Below are positions 37,084 to 47,669 of a stretch of 64,000 bases of DNA, piece by piece; the first letter of the stretch is position 1, and each line of letters opens with the position of its first letter. Below the pieces are notes generated by a model that had not been told where the DNA came from, did no database searches, and worked only from the letters and a program-made list of their open reading frames with translations. The position numbers were made by a program, and so were the translations under genes. Origin of the DNA: a virus; IMG/VR virus record IMGVR_UViG_3300042458_000756, positions 7,704 to 71,703 of that record, one strand, 5' to 3'.

Positions 37084-37158
37084 TAGGGATATTGGGATTT
37101 GAACCCAAAGTCGTTTGTATATAAGACAAATGCTTTAACCAGATTAAGCTATATCCCC
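37084..37158 (-). tRNA. tRNA-Ile(UAU)
   Basis: Cloverleaf: GGGGATA/TATCCCT acceptor, GCTT/AAGC D-stem, TTTGT-CT TAT AT-ACAAA anticodon arm, TTGGG-TTCAAAT-CCCAA T-arm, discriminator A; CCA not encoded. Confidence 0.88.
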
Positions 37159-37377
37159 TAGTTTATATATAGTTGTAGGATTAACCCACATATATTAACT
37201 AGGACTACTATAATCCCGATCTTAAGCATTAATTTCATTTCCCGCCCTTTGTTTGCTGAACAACTTTTTCTATGCACTTTGTGCAAAAATTCTCAAGTAT
37301 GCCTTTAGCGTTAATACGCTCTACATACTTTGGGTTTTCGCAAAAGTCACATTTCATAATATTAGTATACCATGATT

Positions 37378-38283
37378 CTAGTCAACTGCTTTTACTACAT
37401 ATACAGTTGTATTGTTTGCATCGTGACTTTCCTGAGCTTTTTGAAGAGAATCATATACTCTGCACTGCCAGCCAAATTTTGCAAATCCTTCTTTTTCTTT
37501 TTCTTTAAGCAATGCCTCAAACTCTTCTTCTGGCATAGAATTTTTTGTATTAACAAAATCTTCTTTAAACGATGCCGTTAAGAATTGACGAACATAAAAC
37601 TTGTTTCCTACTACTGGTGTAACTGCATGATATAAGTCTGTTCTAAATAGCAGACCGTCTCCAGCCTCCATCTTATATCTAATTGGTGGATCAATCATAC
37701 GACACTGTTGTTCTTTTCCAGTACAATCTATATATGTCGATAAATCTGCATCTTCAGTATTTATAAGAAGTATTTCTCCACCTTCATAATCATCGTTTGT
37801 ATAAATGTTGAAATTGAAGATGTGAGGAGTTCCTCCAAACCAAGGTCTGCGATCTTGATGATATTCCATTGAAAGCTGAAGAGACTTGTCTGTATTTTCT
37901 GATTCTAGAATAACTACATCTGCAGAGCAATATGAAGGATGCTCTCTAGCTTCTTGCATTGATGTTGGAATATTTGGATCTTCATTTATTAGTTTAAAGT
38001 AATCTTCGTTTAAATAGTTTTCTTTGTAGATCTTCATAGCGTCCCAGAAAATATCTAAAAATTCTCTAAGATGTGCTCCACCTTCATTTTTACATACTTC
38101 ATATGATGGATCTTGATATGGGTATGCTTTTGAATATTGACCCCATGGTCTCCAGTCTTGCCAATCGCCAAACCACTGGTCATTATTTGTCTTTGATCGT
38201 ATAATAAAATCTTGAGTCGCTGCTGGGTCCTTTAAAGTATTTTTAAAAAGGATTACATCTTTTGTTAATAGTTTGTGTTCCAT
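37378..38283 (-). CDS. 2OG-Fe(II) oxygenase
   Basis: HQD...YTNDDYEGGEI...LYHAV...KF; similar to 14065..14847 (W..W..WG.YS, KF.VR.F). Confidence 0.85.
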   Translation of the reverse strand: MEHKLLTKDVILFKNTLKDPAATQDFIIRSKTNNDQWFGDWQDWRPWGQYSKAYPYQDPSYEVCKNEGGAHLREFLDIFWDAMKIYKENYLNEDYFKLINEDPNIPTSMQEAREHPSYCSADVVILESENTDKSLQLSMEYHQDRRPWFGGTPHIFNFNIYTNDDYEGGEILLINTEDADLSTYIDCTGKEQQCRMIDPPIRYKMEAGDGLLFRTDLYHAVTPVVGNKFYVRQFLTASFKEDFVNTKNSMPEEEFEALLKEKEKEGFAKFGWQCRVYDSLQKAQESHDANNTTVYVVKAVD

Positions 38284-38940
38284 TTATCCCCCTAATATGT
38301 CTCTTGCCCAAAAAGGCCATTCTTCTGCCCAGCGTTTTCCAGTTTCTGAAGATAGCCAGTCCTTACATCCTCTAATTGTATCAGTTCTCCATTTTAAATA
38401 TTCTTCTTGGTCCCAGTTTGTTCCTGGTTTAGTTTTATCGTATACTACAAATGTAACAGTTCTCTTGTTATCTCCCGCTGCCGATTCTGCACCGTGCAAT
38501 ACAGCAGAAGATTGAACTACTAGGTCGCCTTTGTGTGGTTGCATCCATGTATTTGTTTCTGGATAGTAAAGTCGTCCTCCATCCATTTCTGCTAGGTATA
38601 TAACTCCGCCAAAAGATTTTTTATGTGGATGAGGGTCGTATGCCTGGTCGTCGCTGTGAATTCCAAATGGTTTACCTGGGACTGAGTACCAGTGTAAAAA
38701 AGTATTTACATCGTATTGATCTTTATCAAAGATTTCTTTAACTCTTTCTACAAGCTGGCGTAGCATGGGAACTTGCAATAAGAGTATTCCTTTATTACTA
38801 GGGTTTTCGGTTATCTCACCGATTTCTTGTGCCATCCTAGATTGTTCAAAAGCTAAATCACATAGCTCTTCAGAGATAAATCCTCTGTATACATATGCAG
38901 AGTCATTTATTTTTTCCCAACCAGTAAAATCCATATACAC
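38284..38940 (-). CDS. 2OG-Fe(II) oxygenase
   Basis: HSD...YLAEMDGGRL...VLHG...KR. Confidence 0.85.
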   Translation of the reverse strand: MYMDFTGWEKINDSAYVYRGFISEELCDLAFEQSRMAQEIGEITENPSNKGILLLQVPMLRQLVERVKEIFDKDQYDVNTFLHWYSVPGKPFGIHSDDQAYDPHPHKKSFGGVIYLAEMDGGRLYYPETNTWMQPHKGDLVVQSSAVLHGAESAAGDNKRTVTFVVYDKTKPGTNWDQEEYLKWRTDTIRGCKDWLSSETGKRWAEEWPFWARDILGG

Positions 38941-39414
38941 ACCTTTTCTCGTTATATAAATTATACCATTCTGCTGATTAGGATTGACTAATGGGGCTAA
39001 TTATTTTAAAATGTTAATATAATTTTTTGGAGTTGTATCACTTGATCTTAGGTCTTAGGTCTTACTATATATTTAATATTTATTATTTATTGATTTACTG
39101 ACCCCCCGACCCCCCTATTGGAAGTATACTATTTCTATTTTCGATGTCAAGCTTCCCACCAAAAAATATTTTTTTTGAGATTTTACAAAATGTTAATATA
39201 TCTTTATCTTGTACGATACACACTATAAAAAAATTCGGACATTTTGGATAGACCGCACATATTGAGCGTGAGTGTGTCCTATATCACAGGGTTTTTCTAA
39301 GATTTATTTGCGACACGCCCGAGAAACACCTCTAAATGTCAGTCCCCCCTGCTATGCTTAAGGTATAAAGAAAAACAAGCGGTAAAGAAATCCGCTAACG
39401 AAAGGAGCAATCAA

Positions 39415-42400
39415 ATGCTCACTCAAAAAACACTAGACGCAATCGTCTATGAATACCAACACGGGGGCGTGAAGTCCAACCACCCCGAATTGACTACCTA
39501 TGAACGCAAGGCGTTGCTAAAGCACCTCTTTAGCCTACCGACCTATTGCGCTTGTTGTGTGAGGTAAATCACACACGACACTAGCCCCAAATGGGTCTAA
39601 ATGTCAGTAGGTCGTGATAGTCTTACGACATACAAATAAATAAAGAATTAGAGCGTGAGCCTAGCAAATAATCCGAAAGGTGAGCCTAGCAAATAATCGC
39701 TCTCAACAAAATAACCAACTAACGAAAAGGATAGAAAATAAAATGACAATCACTTACTCACTATGGGACGGCGCACAATTCCTAGGTTTCTTTACAGCAA
39801 CTAGCGCAGACGAAATGAACAAGACAGTAACCGAACTACAAAAGGTTTCTAAAAATGTAGTAGCACACCTACGAAAGGTAGAACAGAACTAATGTCATAC
39901 GCATACTCTTACCAAACTAACTCAATAGATAAATACGCCTCTATCCAATCAGATGTCGCAGACGCATACGCTTACCTTGATGAAGTAGATGAGGAACAAC
40001 CTCCACTTGATGACTTTGATGACTCAGATGATGAACAACTAGCAAAACTATACTCACTAACTTGGGAAGGCTAATAAATGACTATCGAACTAAATGAATA
40101 CGGCTTAATGATTGACCTAGGCGACTTCCTCTATGTATCTCTAGGGTGGGCGTTCATTATCTTGACCGCTCTAGTTATTGTCGGCGTTAAGGTATACAAT
40201 AAGATAAAGAATAAGCGAGTAGCGGATACATTCGTAACCGATACAACTACTAACGATTTATGGAGTAACTAATGACTACTAATCGCATACTAACTACACT
40301 AGTCCAATTAGGTATCGGTATCCCCGCCCTACTTATGGCTCGCCTTGTATGGCGTGAGATCGTGTCCGATTATAGGGAGTGGGCTAAATCACACTAACGC
40401 TACGGCGTGTCGGCTTGACAAAGTCAAGCTGGCCCGCAAAGGCACGGGGTCGGGCGTGTCGTTACGGGTACCTACTAGAACCCCTGGAATTTTGTGAGAT
40501 TTATCACATAAAAAGATTTCTTGAAATACGGCGTGTCGTGTTGATAATGTCGGTGTGCTCGTGTATAATACCATTATAACCACAACGAAAGGTCGATAAA
40601 ATGACACTAGATGAATACAAGGCTTATGTAGAAGCCACACGCAAGGAAAGCCTACTAAAGGCTATCGCAACAATGTCAGAGGCTAATGATAAGATGTCCT
40701 CACTATTCAATACTAAGGAGGCAGACTAAATGGGTTATGTAGAAATCTTTCGCATAGATAACGAGGGTGCGGGTTGGGTAGATTTATCCGAGGCAACACC
40801 AGATGAACTATTCAACATTGAATTAGGATTACTAAATGAAGGGGCGTTTGAATAATGGCTAGTAATTGGACAACATTCGCAACTGTAAGAGATTACCCTA
40901 GCGGGCTAATGAATGAATGCGTATGCGGGCAAGTAGTCCTTGCGCCAAAAACACGACACGAGAATTGCGAGAATAAATAAATGAAAAGATACACATTCGG
41001 CGTTTGGCTAGACATAGACGCAGAGGACGAAAATCAGGCGGTGTCTTTATTTGATAGCGTTGTGAAAAACACTTTTGTTTCAGACTCTTATTGTTTTGAA
41101 TGGAAAGAGGTCGCAGATGAAATCGCAATTTGAAAAAGATTTAGAAATAAAAGAAAGTTTTATTGATTTACTAAATGATGTTTATCCAACTGTAAAAATT
41201 GGTTATTCAACTTTTACTCCCGCCGAGATTTTGGAATGTTGCGACCCTGTTGCTTTTTCTATCGGACTAATTGAACACGAGGACTATCTAGCAGAAATGG
41301 AAAACGAATGAGCGATTTATTTGGATTTGAAAAAGCAATTCAGCTCGATCATCTTACCGATAAACAAATAAACGAATTAGAAGAAATTCTAAAAGATTAT
41401 CAATAGATAGCGGCGTGTCGCCTTGACAAAAGGTGATCCGCCCGCAAAAGCACGGGGTCGGGCGTGTCGTTATGAAAGAGTTATAAAACCCCTGGAATTT
41501 TACGGCGTGTCGATTTGACAGACAAAACGGACATATCTATGTGATTAGTATCACACCGCTTGAGCGTCTCAATATTTGGAATTACTGGCTAGTAATGTGA
41601 AAATGTCAGCCCTATCCGCTATAATTGCGGTATAACCAAACGAAAGGTGACAACTTATGTCAGCAAATGTCTATTCCGTAGCAAACCTACTTGTAGGAAA
41701 AATGTATTACTCTCGCTCAGTATCGGGCGAAATTATTGACGCAGAAAAAACCGATAAGGTCTGGTATGCGGATTGCGATAGTTATCGAATTCAGGTAAGA
41801 GCGCAAAACACTTTCAGAGATACTTATCGCTATGTAGCCGTAAAGGTAGGTGAATAAATGTTAGATACAAAATACATTGACGAAACCGAATTCTATTTCA
41901 TAAAAGATGAAATAAAATTTCATTGTGACGAAAGCCAATTTGTTTATGTGTGTAAAGCACACGGCGAGCAAATGGGTTGCTACTATTGCGAATTTAACTA
42001 TGATGAGAATTGCGAGTGTGAAGGATAATGATAAACTCAGTAATGCGTATAGATTGCTCAGATTGTAATTCAACTGGACTAATCTTTTTTGGAGATAACA
42101 ATAATTTTGATGTCGAAACTTGCGATTGCGATTTCGGCAAAGAGCAAGACTCATTTTTTAACTAACGAAAGGGAAACTAATGTATAAAATAACTCTAGCC
42201 TATGACGGAAATGCGCCACATTGGCAAGGCGATTACTATGATGAAATGGAAGCGTGGTCAGCGTTTTTCAAATTCACCGATTGGGGATTTGCTGATGAAT
42301 TCTCAACTGTAAATATTTACACTCCCGAATTGAAATGCTATACAAAAAACTTTTATCGTAGCGGAATGGTGGTAGCAAAATGATGACACGCAAAGACTAT

Positions 42401-42571
42401 GTAGCAACCGCAGAAATTCTAAAGTATGCTAGCGATAAAACTCACCCCGCTTTATTTTCTAAAATCGTAAATGATTTCGCTGAAATGTTTGCGAAAGATA
42501 ATGAGCGATTTGATGTAAAACGATTTCACGAAGCGAGCAATTACAATGTTCCTAAATTCACTTCAAGATAA
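39415..42571 (+). other. Cluster of very small early-type genes (e.g. 39415..39567, 39743..39892, 39892..40074, 40078..40272, 40272..40397, 40601..40729, 41657..41857, 42180..42383, 42380..42571)
   Basis: Co-oriented 40-70 aa ORFs, many after AACGAAAGG RBSs or TAATG coupling; no recognisable domains. Confidence 0.7.
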
Positions 42572-42820
42572 AGTAAAACGCATTCAGGAATTGCGCCGCA
42601 GTAATGCGGCGCAACCTGTTCGCAATAAAAAAAAATACACACGCAAAATAAAACATAAAAATAAATTCGATCAATAGCCCACAGCTCGGCCCGCAAAGGT
42701 ACGGGGTCGGGCGTGTCGTTAAGACTGTGATCTAAAACACCCTGGAAAATTGGGCGTGGCGTGGAAAATGTCAGTCTAATCTGCTATAATTCCAATATCT
42801 ACCAACGAAAGAGGTCCATT

Positions 42821-43030
42821 ATGGAACTATTTACAGTATCTTGCTTGAACTATGAAATTTGTGGCGCTCAAGAAACTTTTGACAATGATTCAGAATATGA
42901 AATTTATGGCGATGATTATATCTGCGCTGAATGCTATGCGTCTGAGGAAATGGAATTCTTTGAAACTATTGGCTGGGCTGATTCTGATGCTCTTGCTTCC
43001 GCTGGATTTGGAATGGATGAGGATTACTAA
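42821..43030 (+). CDS. Small acidic Cys-containing protein
   Basis: ACGAAAGAGG RBS; C....IC...CAEC; ends DSDALASAGFGMDEDY. Confidence 0.65.
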   Translation: MELFTVSCLNYEICGAQETFDNDSEYEIYGDDYICAECYASEEMEFFETIGWADSDALASAGFGMDEDY

Positions 43031-43061
43031 TATGTCAGACCCAACCGCTATAATTACCCCT

Positions 43062-43781
43062 ATGAAACTGAAACGCTCTAACGATAGAAAGGTGGCTAAC
43101 CTTGTCACAAAAAATGGAAAGCAAGCGGCAATTGCTAACACTTTCGGATTACCTGCTGGAAAAGCTTACTCGTGCCCTGGTGCCACTAGTATTTGTGAAA
43201 GCGTTTGCTACGCAGGAAAACTCGAAAAGTTATTCCCTGGAGTAAAAACTAATCTGCTACACAATTGGGAATTGCTACGCAATGCCGATATGGATACAAT
43301 GCTTATTCTATTAGATGAGATGATTGTAGAATTTATCGCCGATTGTGAAAAGAAAGACGCTCCTAAGTTATTCCGTATCCACTGGGACGGGGACTTCTTC
43401 AATGATACTTACGCATATGCCTGGAAAGTAATCATTACTAACCACCCCGATGTTCAATTCTGGGTTTACACTCGTGTAAAGTCTGCAGCGCTTATTCTTA
43501 AGGATGTCTCTAATTTATCTCTTTACTATTCCACCGATGATGAGAATAAAGAAATAGCATTCGATTTGAAAACTAATTCTAAGGTCCGCCTTGCTTATCT
43601 AGGGAAGACATTCGCTTCAACCGAAGACACGATGAAAGAATTGACTGGCAAGCCTGGCGCTAAGTGCCCTGAGAATATGAAAAGTATTCCGCTTATCTCT
43701 AGCAATGGGTCCGCCTGCGTTTCTTGTGGCCTATGTGTTTACGGTAAAGCAGATATTAGATTTTCTGCGAGTAAAAAATAA
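43062..43781 (+). CDS. Gp88-like (radical-SAM-related) phage protein
   Basis: FGLPAG..SCPGATSICESVCYA, FRIHWDGDFF, FWVYTR, C-terminal CVSCGLC; leaderless start 7 nt after TATAAT. Confidence 0.75.
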   Translation: MKLKRSNDRKVANLVTKNGKQAAIANTFGLPAGKAYSCPGATSICESVCYAGKLEKLFPGVKTNLLHNWELLRNADMDTMLILLDEMIVEFIADCEKKDAPKLFRIHWDGDFFNDTYAYAWKVIITNHPDVQFWVYTRVKSAALILKDVSNLSLYYSTDDENKEIAFDLKTNSKVRLAYLGKTFASTEDTMKELTGKPGAKCPENMKSIPLISSNGSACVSCGLCVYGKADIRFSASKK

Positions 43782-44113
43782 TGTATGACTTTATCGGATC
43801 CATTCTTGGAATTGGATTAATTGCATTCTTGTGCTCACCAATTGTGCTAGCCGTGTACATGTGGAATGGCGCAAAATTTGATGATGATAATGACGGAATA
43901 GAAGATTTGCCTAATCGTTGGTAACGGCGTGTCGGCTTGACAAAGTCAAGCTGGCCCGCAATGTTGTGGGGGGTTATCCACAGGCTTACGAGAGTTATCC
44001 ACAACCCCTAGAATTGTGAGTATTATCACAAAAGCTGCGACACGCCCATAATGGATTAGGTAATGTCAGTGGCAAATGCTATAATACTCTTATCCAACAA
44101 CGAAAGGTAACAA

Positions 44114-44320
44114 ATGACACCAGTAGAACACTCACTCAAATTCGTAACCGAGTTTGACGAAACACATCCTATCGCAAAACAATTCTTACAATTAGATGAA
44201 CAATCACAAATTGCTATGCTAGAGTCAATGCTAAAAGATTTATTGGTATCTGCTATCCAACCAGTAATTGACCACATCAACGAAAACGGCTCATACGCAA
44301 TTCTAAAGGTGGCTAACTAA
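44114..44320 (+). CDS. Hypothetical protein
   Basis: AACGAAAGG RBS with promoter upstream. Confidence 0.7.
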   Translation: MTPVEHSLKFVTEFDETHPIAKQFLQLDEQSQIAMLESMLKDLLVSAIQPVIDHINENGSYAILKVAN

Positions 44321-44583
44321 TGGGATACACAACAGCGCTAGATTTATCAGACTTAGGATTAGAGCAAGGTATCTCTATTCACTTACAAGGTAATCACTAC
44401 CCACCCGTTCCACTTTCTATGGTGAAGCCGTGTATCGATGCTATCGATGCTTGGTGGGATGAGGATTCAGATAGGTTGATCGAAATGCCTGAAGGCGTAT
44501 CTTATCGAGGAGATAAGTTTGCCCCCGCCCACGCAATAATTGACCAACACCACTTACACGCTTGGCTACAAGAAAGTGATTAG
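44320..44583 (+). CDS. Hypothetical phage protein
   Basis: HLQGNHYPPVP...HHLHAW; TAATG coupling. Confidence 0.7.
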   Translation: MGYTTALDLSDLGLEQGISIHLQGNHYPPVPLSMVKPCIDAIDAWWDEDSDRLIEMPEGVSYRGDKFAPAHAIIDQHHLHAWLQESD

Positions 44584-44677
44584 CATCACACAATAACTTT
44601 CTCAAATAATGAGATAGGGCTAGACTAATGTCAGACCCCAATGCTACAATACTACCTAACAAAGAAAAGAGGCAAAA

Positions 44678-44857
44678 ATGACAATAGAAGGAAAACTCTA
44701 TCAGGTCGGCGATTTATTCACCAGCCTAAAGTCAAAAAAGACAGGTGTTATCAAGGAGATACACCCACAGGCATCTGGCTCGGTGCGTGTGCTACTGGAA
44801 CTACCTAGCAGGGAAACTCGCTGGACTTCAGTATCAGCCAAGACACTACTTGGCTAA
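44678..44857 (+). CDS. Small SH3/KOW-like protein
   Basis: Not in track; MTIEGKLYQVGDLF...TGVIKEI...VRVLL; own promoter and RBS. Confidence 0.6.
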   Translation: MTIEGKLYQVGDLFTSLKSKKTGVIKEIHPQASGSVRVLLELPSRETRWTSVSAKTLLG

Positions 44858-45024
44858 TAAGACGGAGGCATACACCATAATCGGGTGCTAAGCCACGAAA
44901 CAGGGACAGTTTAGGAGAGTATCTAGTCCAATGTCGTAAGTAAGAACTCTCCCCCCTTCGGGGGAAATGTCAGACCCCCCTGCTATACTATCCATAACAA
45001 CAACCAACGAAAGGTAATAAATAA

Positions 45025-45441
45025 ATGAGCAGACAAATCACAGTAAAGGTCGCAACGACCAAAGTAATCAAGGCACTAGAAACTCGTCTAGCAACACTAG
45101 AAAAAGACTATGCCACACAAGGCGCAAATGAAGCAAAGTATCAAAAGTCAGTAGAAGCGTGGCGCAAGGAAATTGGTAAGTGGGCTATTGCTAACTTCTC
45201 AAAGGCTGAGAACCTTCGCACAAACTATCGCTCTTGGAACAACACTCTCAATGTTGATTTTGACATCATCACAAAAGAGGGAACTTTCCCTACTGAACCT
45301 GAAAAGGATTTTGAGGTTATCCATCAGCACAGTTATCGTGAGATGAAAGAGGACATCACAAATGCTCTCACAATTCTCAAAATGACAGATGAGGAAACAG
45401 TAAATGCTTCCACAATGAAGCAGATTGCTAAGTATCTCTAA
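45025..45441 (+). CDS. Hypothetical protein
   Basis: 138 aa, promoter and AACGAAAGG RBS. Confidence 0.75.
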   Translation: MSRQITVKVATTKVIKALETRLATLEKDYATQGANEAKYQKSVEAWRKEIGKWAIANFSKAENLRTNYRSWNNTLNVDFDIITKEGTFPTEPEKDFEVIHQHSYREMKEDITNALTILKMTDEETVNASTMKQIAKYL

Positions 45442-45548
45442 ATAGGTTTTGGGGGGTTAGCACACAAAGTCTAGACACCTAAACCCAAACGACCTGAGTA
45501 AGTCGCCAAACTGCTCTCCTTCGGGAAACTACTAACAAAGGTAATACA

Positions 45549-45809
45549 ATGGCAAATCGTTTCAGAGTAGAAATCTACGATGCTAACAAAGCAAATGACA
45601 TCACGATTTATTCAGATCAAGGTGTTGATAAAGAATACTTAACTGAATTAGTATTCAGCAACATCAGAAACTTTAGCGGAAAGATTAACGCTTATGTTTT
45701 TGATAATGTAAAAAAGAAAAAAACAACTGCGATGTTTCTTGATGAGAGCACAGTTGAGTTTAGTAAAAATCTAATTAGCAATGCTAAAAAGGTAGAGGTG
45801 GGGATTTAA
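45549..45809 (+). CDS. Hypothetical protein
   Basis: 86 aa, AAAGGT RBS. Confidence 0.7.
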   Translation: MANRFRVEIYDANKANDITIYSDQGVDKEYLTELVFSNIRNFSGKINAYVFDNVKKKKTTAMFLDESTVEFSKNLISNAKKVEVGI

Positions 45810-45986
45810 TCTCCAGCTCGGCCCCCGCTTTTGGGGGGTTATCCACAGGTTTACGAGTGCTTGTGGATAACCCTGAAAGTTTGTGATAATGATCACACCG
45901 CACAATTAGGACAAATGACTATCTAATCTAGACAATGTCAGTGGGGTCTGTTATACTTACAACTAATCAAACGAAAGGAAATAAAA

Positions 45987-46991
45987 ATGGCTCATAATCT
46001 AGAAATGGAAAATGGCGAAGTTGCTTTTGCGCTTCGTGGTGCTCCTGCTTGGCACAATCTCGCTAACCGAATCTTTACAAAAGATGAGGAAGTTACAACC
46101 AGTCTAATGCTTGAAGAAGCAAAGTTGGCTAATTGGAATGTTCGCTTATCTCCAATCACTGAGCACATTCCAGAATCTTGGAATGATGTATCTACCGCAT
46201 CTCTTGTCATTCGTGATAACCCATTCAATGGCGCAACTGATGTTCTCGCAACTGTTGGCAAGCGTTACAAGCCAGTTCAAAATGAAGAACTGTTTGCGTT
46301 TGCTGATGCTATTCACGACGCTAATGCTGATTGCCGTTGGGAATCTGCTGGCTCATTAAAGAAGGGCAAAGTGGTATTTGGAACTGTGGACATTCCACGC
46401 ACAATGGTTCTTGACCCACAAGGCGCTAATGATGAAACAAAACTCTATTTAATTGTTTGGACATCTCACGATGGTTCTGTTGCTGTTCAAGCAGCCGTTA
46501 CACCTGTTCGTGTTGTTTGCCAAAACACTTTGAATCTTGCTATGCGTAATGCTAAGCAATCATTCAAGATTCGTCATACACAATCTGTTGAAGGACGAAT
46601 TCAAGTTGCTCGTGAAACTCTTGGGCTTGCTCTTGGTTACTTTGATGAGTTTGAAGTTGAGGCTAAGGCTCTCTACTCTCAGGCAATTACTGATGCTGAG
46701 TTCTCTAAGTTGATTCAGACAATTTATCCTAAGCCTGAAAAGGATTCTAAGGGTGCGCTAAAGAAGTGGGAAAATAAGGTTGTTCTACTTGATGACCTTT
46801 ATCATAACTCACCAACTAACGCTAACATCAAGGGAACTAAGTGGGGTGCGTTTAACGCTCTTACTGAACGCCTTGATTATTATCGTTCAGGTCGTGGTAA
46901 CGGCGAAACTCTTATGGCTGGAGCATCGGGCTTTGACCCAGTTCTAACTGCTGAAAAAAATAAAATCAAGAAATTGATTTCTGCTTTCTAA
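45987..46991 (+). CDS. DUF932 family phage/plasmid protein
   Basis: MAHNLE, PAWHNL, YKPVQNEE, ESAGSL..GK.VF, SHDGS, TPVRVVCQNTL, GTKWGAFNALTE. Confidence 0.9.
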   Translation: MAHNLEMENGEVAFALRGAPAWHNLANRIFTKDEEVTTSLMLEEAKLANWNVRLSPITEHIPESWNDVSTASLVIRDNPFNGATDVLATVGKRYKPVQNEELFAFADAIHDANADCRWESAGSLKKGKVVFGTVDIPRTMVLDPQGANDETKLYLIVWTSHDGSVAVQAAVTPVRVVCQNTLNLAMRNAKQSFKIRHTQSVEGRIQVARETLGLALGYFDEFEVEAKALYSQAITDAEFSKLIQTIYPKPEKDSKGALKKWENKVVLLDDLYHNSPTNANIKGTKWGAFNALTERLDYYRSGRGNGETLMAGASGFDPVLTAEKNKIKKLISAF

Positions 46992-47039
46992 ATAAATAAA
47001 ATCCTGAGCAAGATTTAAAACTGCTCACAATTTTTTCTT

Positions 47040-47113
47040 GGTCTGTTAGCTCAGTTGGTTAGAGCGCTACCCTGTCACGGTAGAGGTCGACGGTTCAAGT
47101 CCGTTACAGATCG
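47040..47113 (+). tRNA. tRNA-Asp(GUC)
   Basis: GGTCTGT/ACAGATC acceptor, GCTC/GAGC D-stem, CTACC-CT GTC AC-GGTAG, GACGG-TTCAAGT-CCGTT, discriminator G. Confidence 0.92.
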
Positions 47114-47240
47114 CAAAGCGCCCGCAATATTAAGGGGAAAAAAAGTGTGTTACGTCTCACATAAAAAAAACCCTGAAATCTATTGCGGATGTCAGTGGCG
47201 TCGTGTACAATACTCCTATACAACAACGAAAGAGGTAAAT

Positions 47241-47669
47241 ATGTCATATGAACGGACGAAGGGCTATACAGGAAATGTCCTGGATGGCAAGAAGCTTGCT
47301 AAGATTGCAAATGATATTTATCGTGCACAATATAGCAATGACTTTAGCGAATGCACGGTTGATAACTTATTACTAATTGAATTAGAAGAGAAGAATGTAT
47401 TTGGGGATCCTAAGTATGCGGTCCTATGCTCTGAAGGTGTTGGCTGGGAACAAGATGAATATGGTTGCCTAGAAATACCTACAAACATTGGGCAGATGGG
47501 TCTATGGAATGGAAGAGTCTTTATCTCAGTAGAGACTGTTAAGTCTTGTCAGACTATCTTTAAAGAAGATGTATCAAATTACATTAGGACCTTTGGCTCC
47601 CGCCTTGATTCTAACTGCTCCCTATGGCAGTCCAAAATGTCAGTGGAACCTGTTACAATACTCGGATGA
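47241..47669 (+). CDS. Hypothetical protein
   Basis: Start at MSYERT after ACGAAAGAGG; the track's upstream extension overlaps the tRNA. Confidence 0.7.
   Translation: MSYERTKGYTGNVLDGKKLAKIANDIYRAQYSNDFSECTVDNLLLIELEEKNVFGDPKYAVLCSEGVGWEQDEYGCLEIPTNIGQMGLWNGRVFISVETVKSCQTIFKEDVSNYIRTFGSRLDSNCSLWQSKMSVEPVTILG

Noticed and set aside
42852-43061. N-terminal extension of the Gp88-like ORF
   Set aside because: Overlaps a better-supported gene (42821..43030) and the promoter for the 43062 start
45490-45516. Hammerhead ribozyme or preQ1 riboswitch reading of the CTGAG...AAAC motif
   Set aside because: Lacks the CUGANGA/GAAA three-stem core and does not match the preQ1 loop; kept only as an unknown pseudoknot
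40404-47178. Intergenic repeats as CRISPR, REP or IS ends
   Set aside because: Separated by kilobases of genes, no transposase or target duplications; not classical attC either, and no integrase seen
47055-47240. N-terminal extension of ORF 47055..47669
   Set aside because: Overlaps tRNA-Asp and a promoter; the RBS supports a start at 47241
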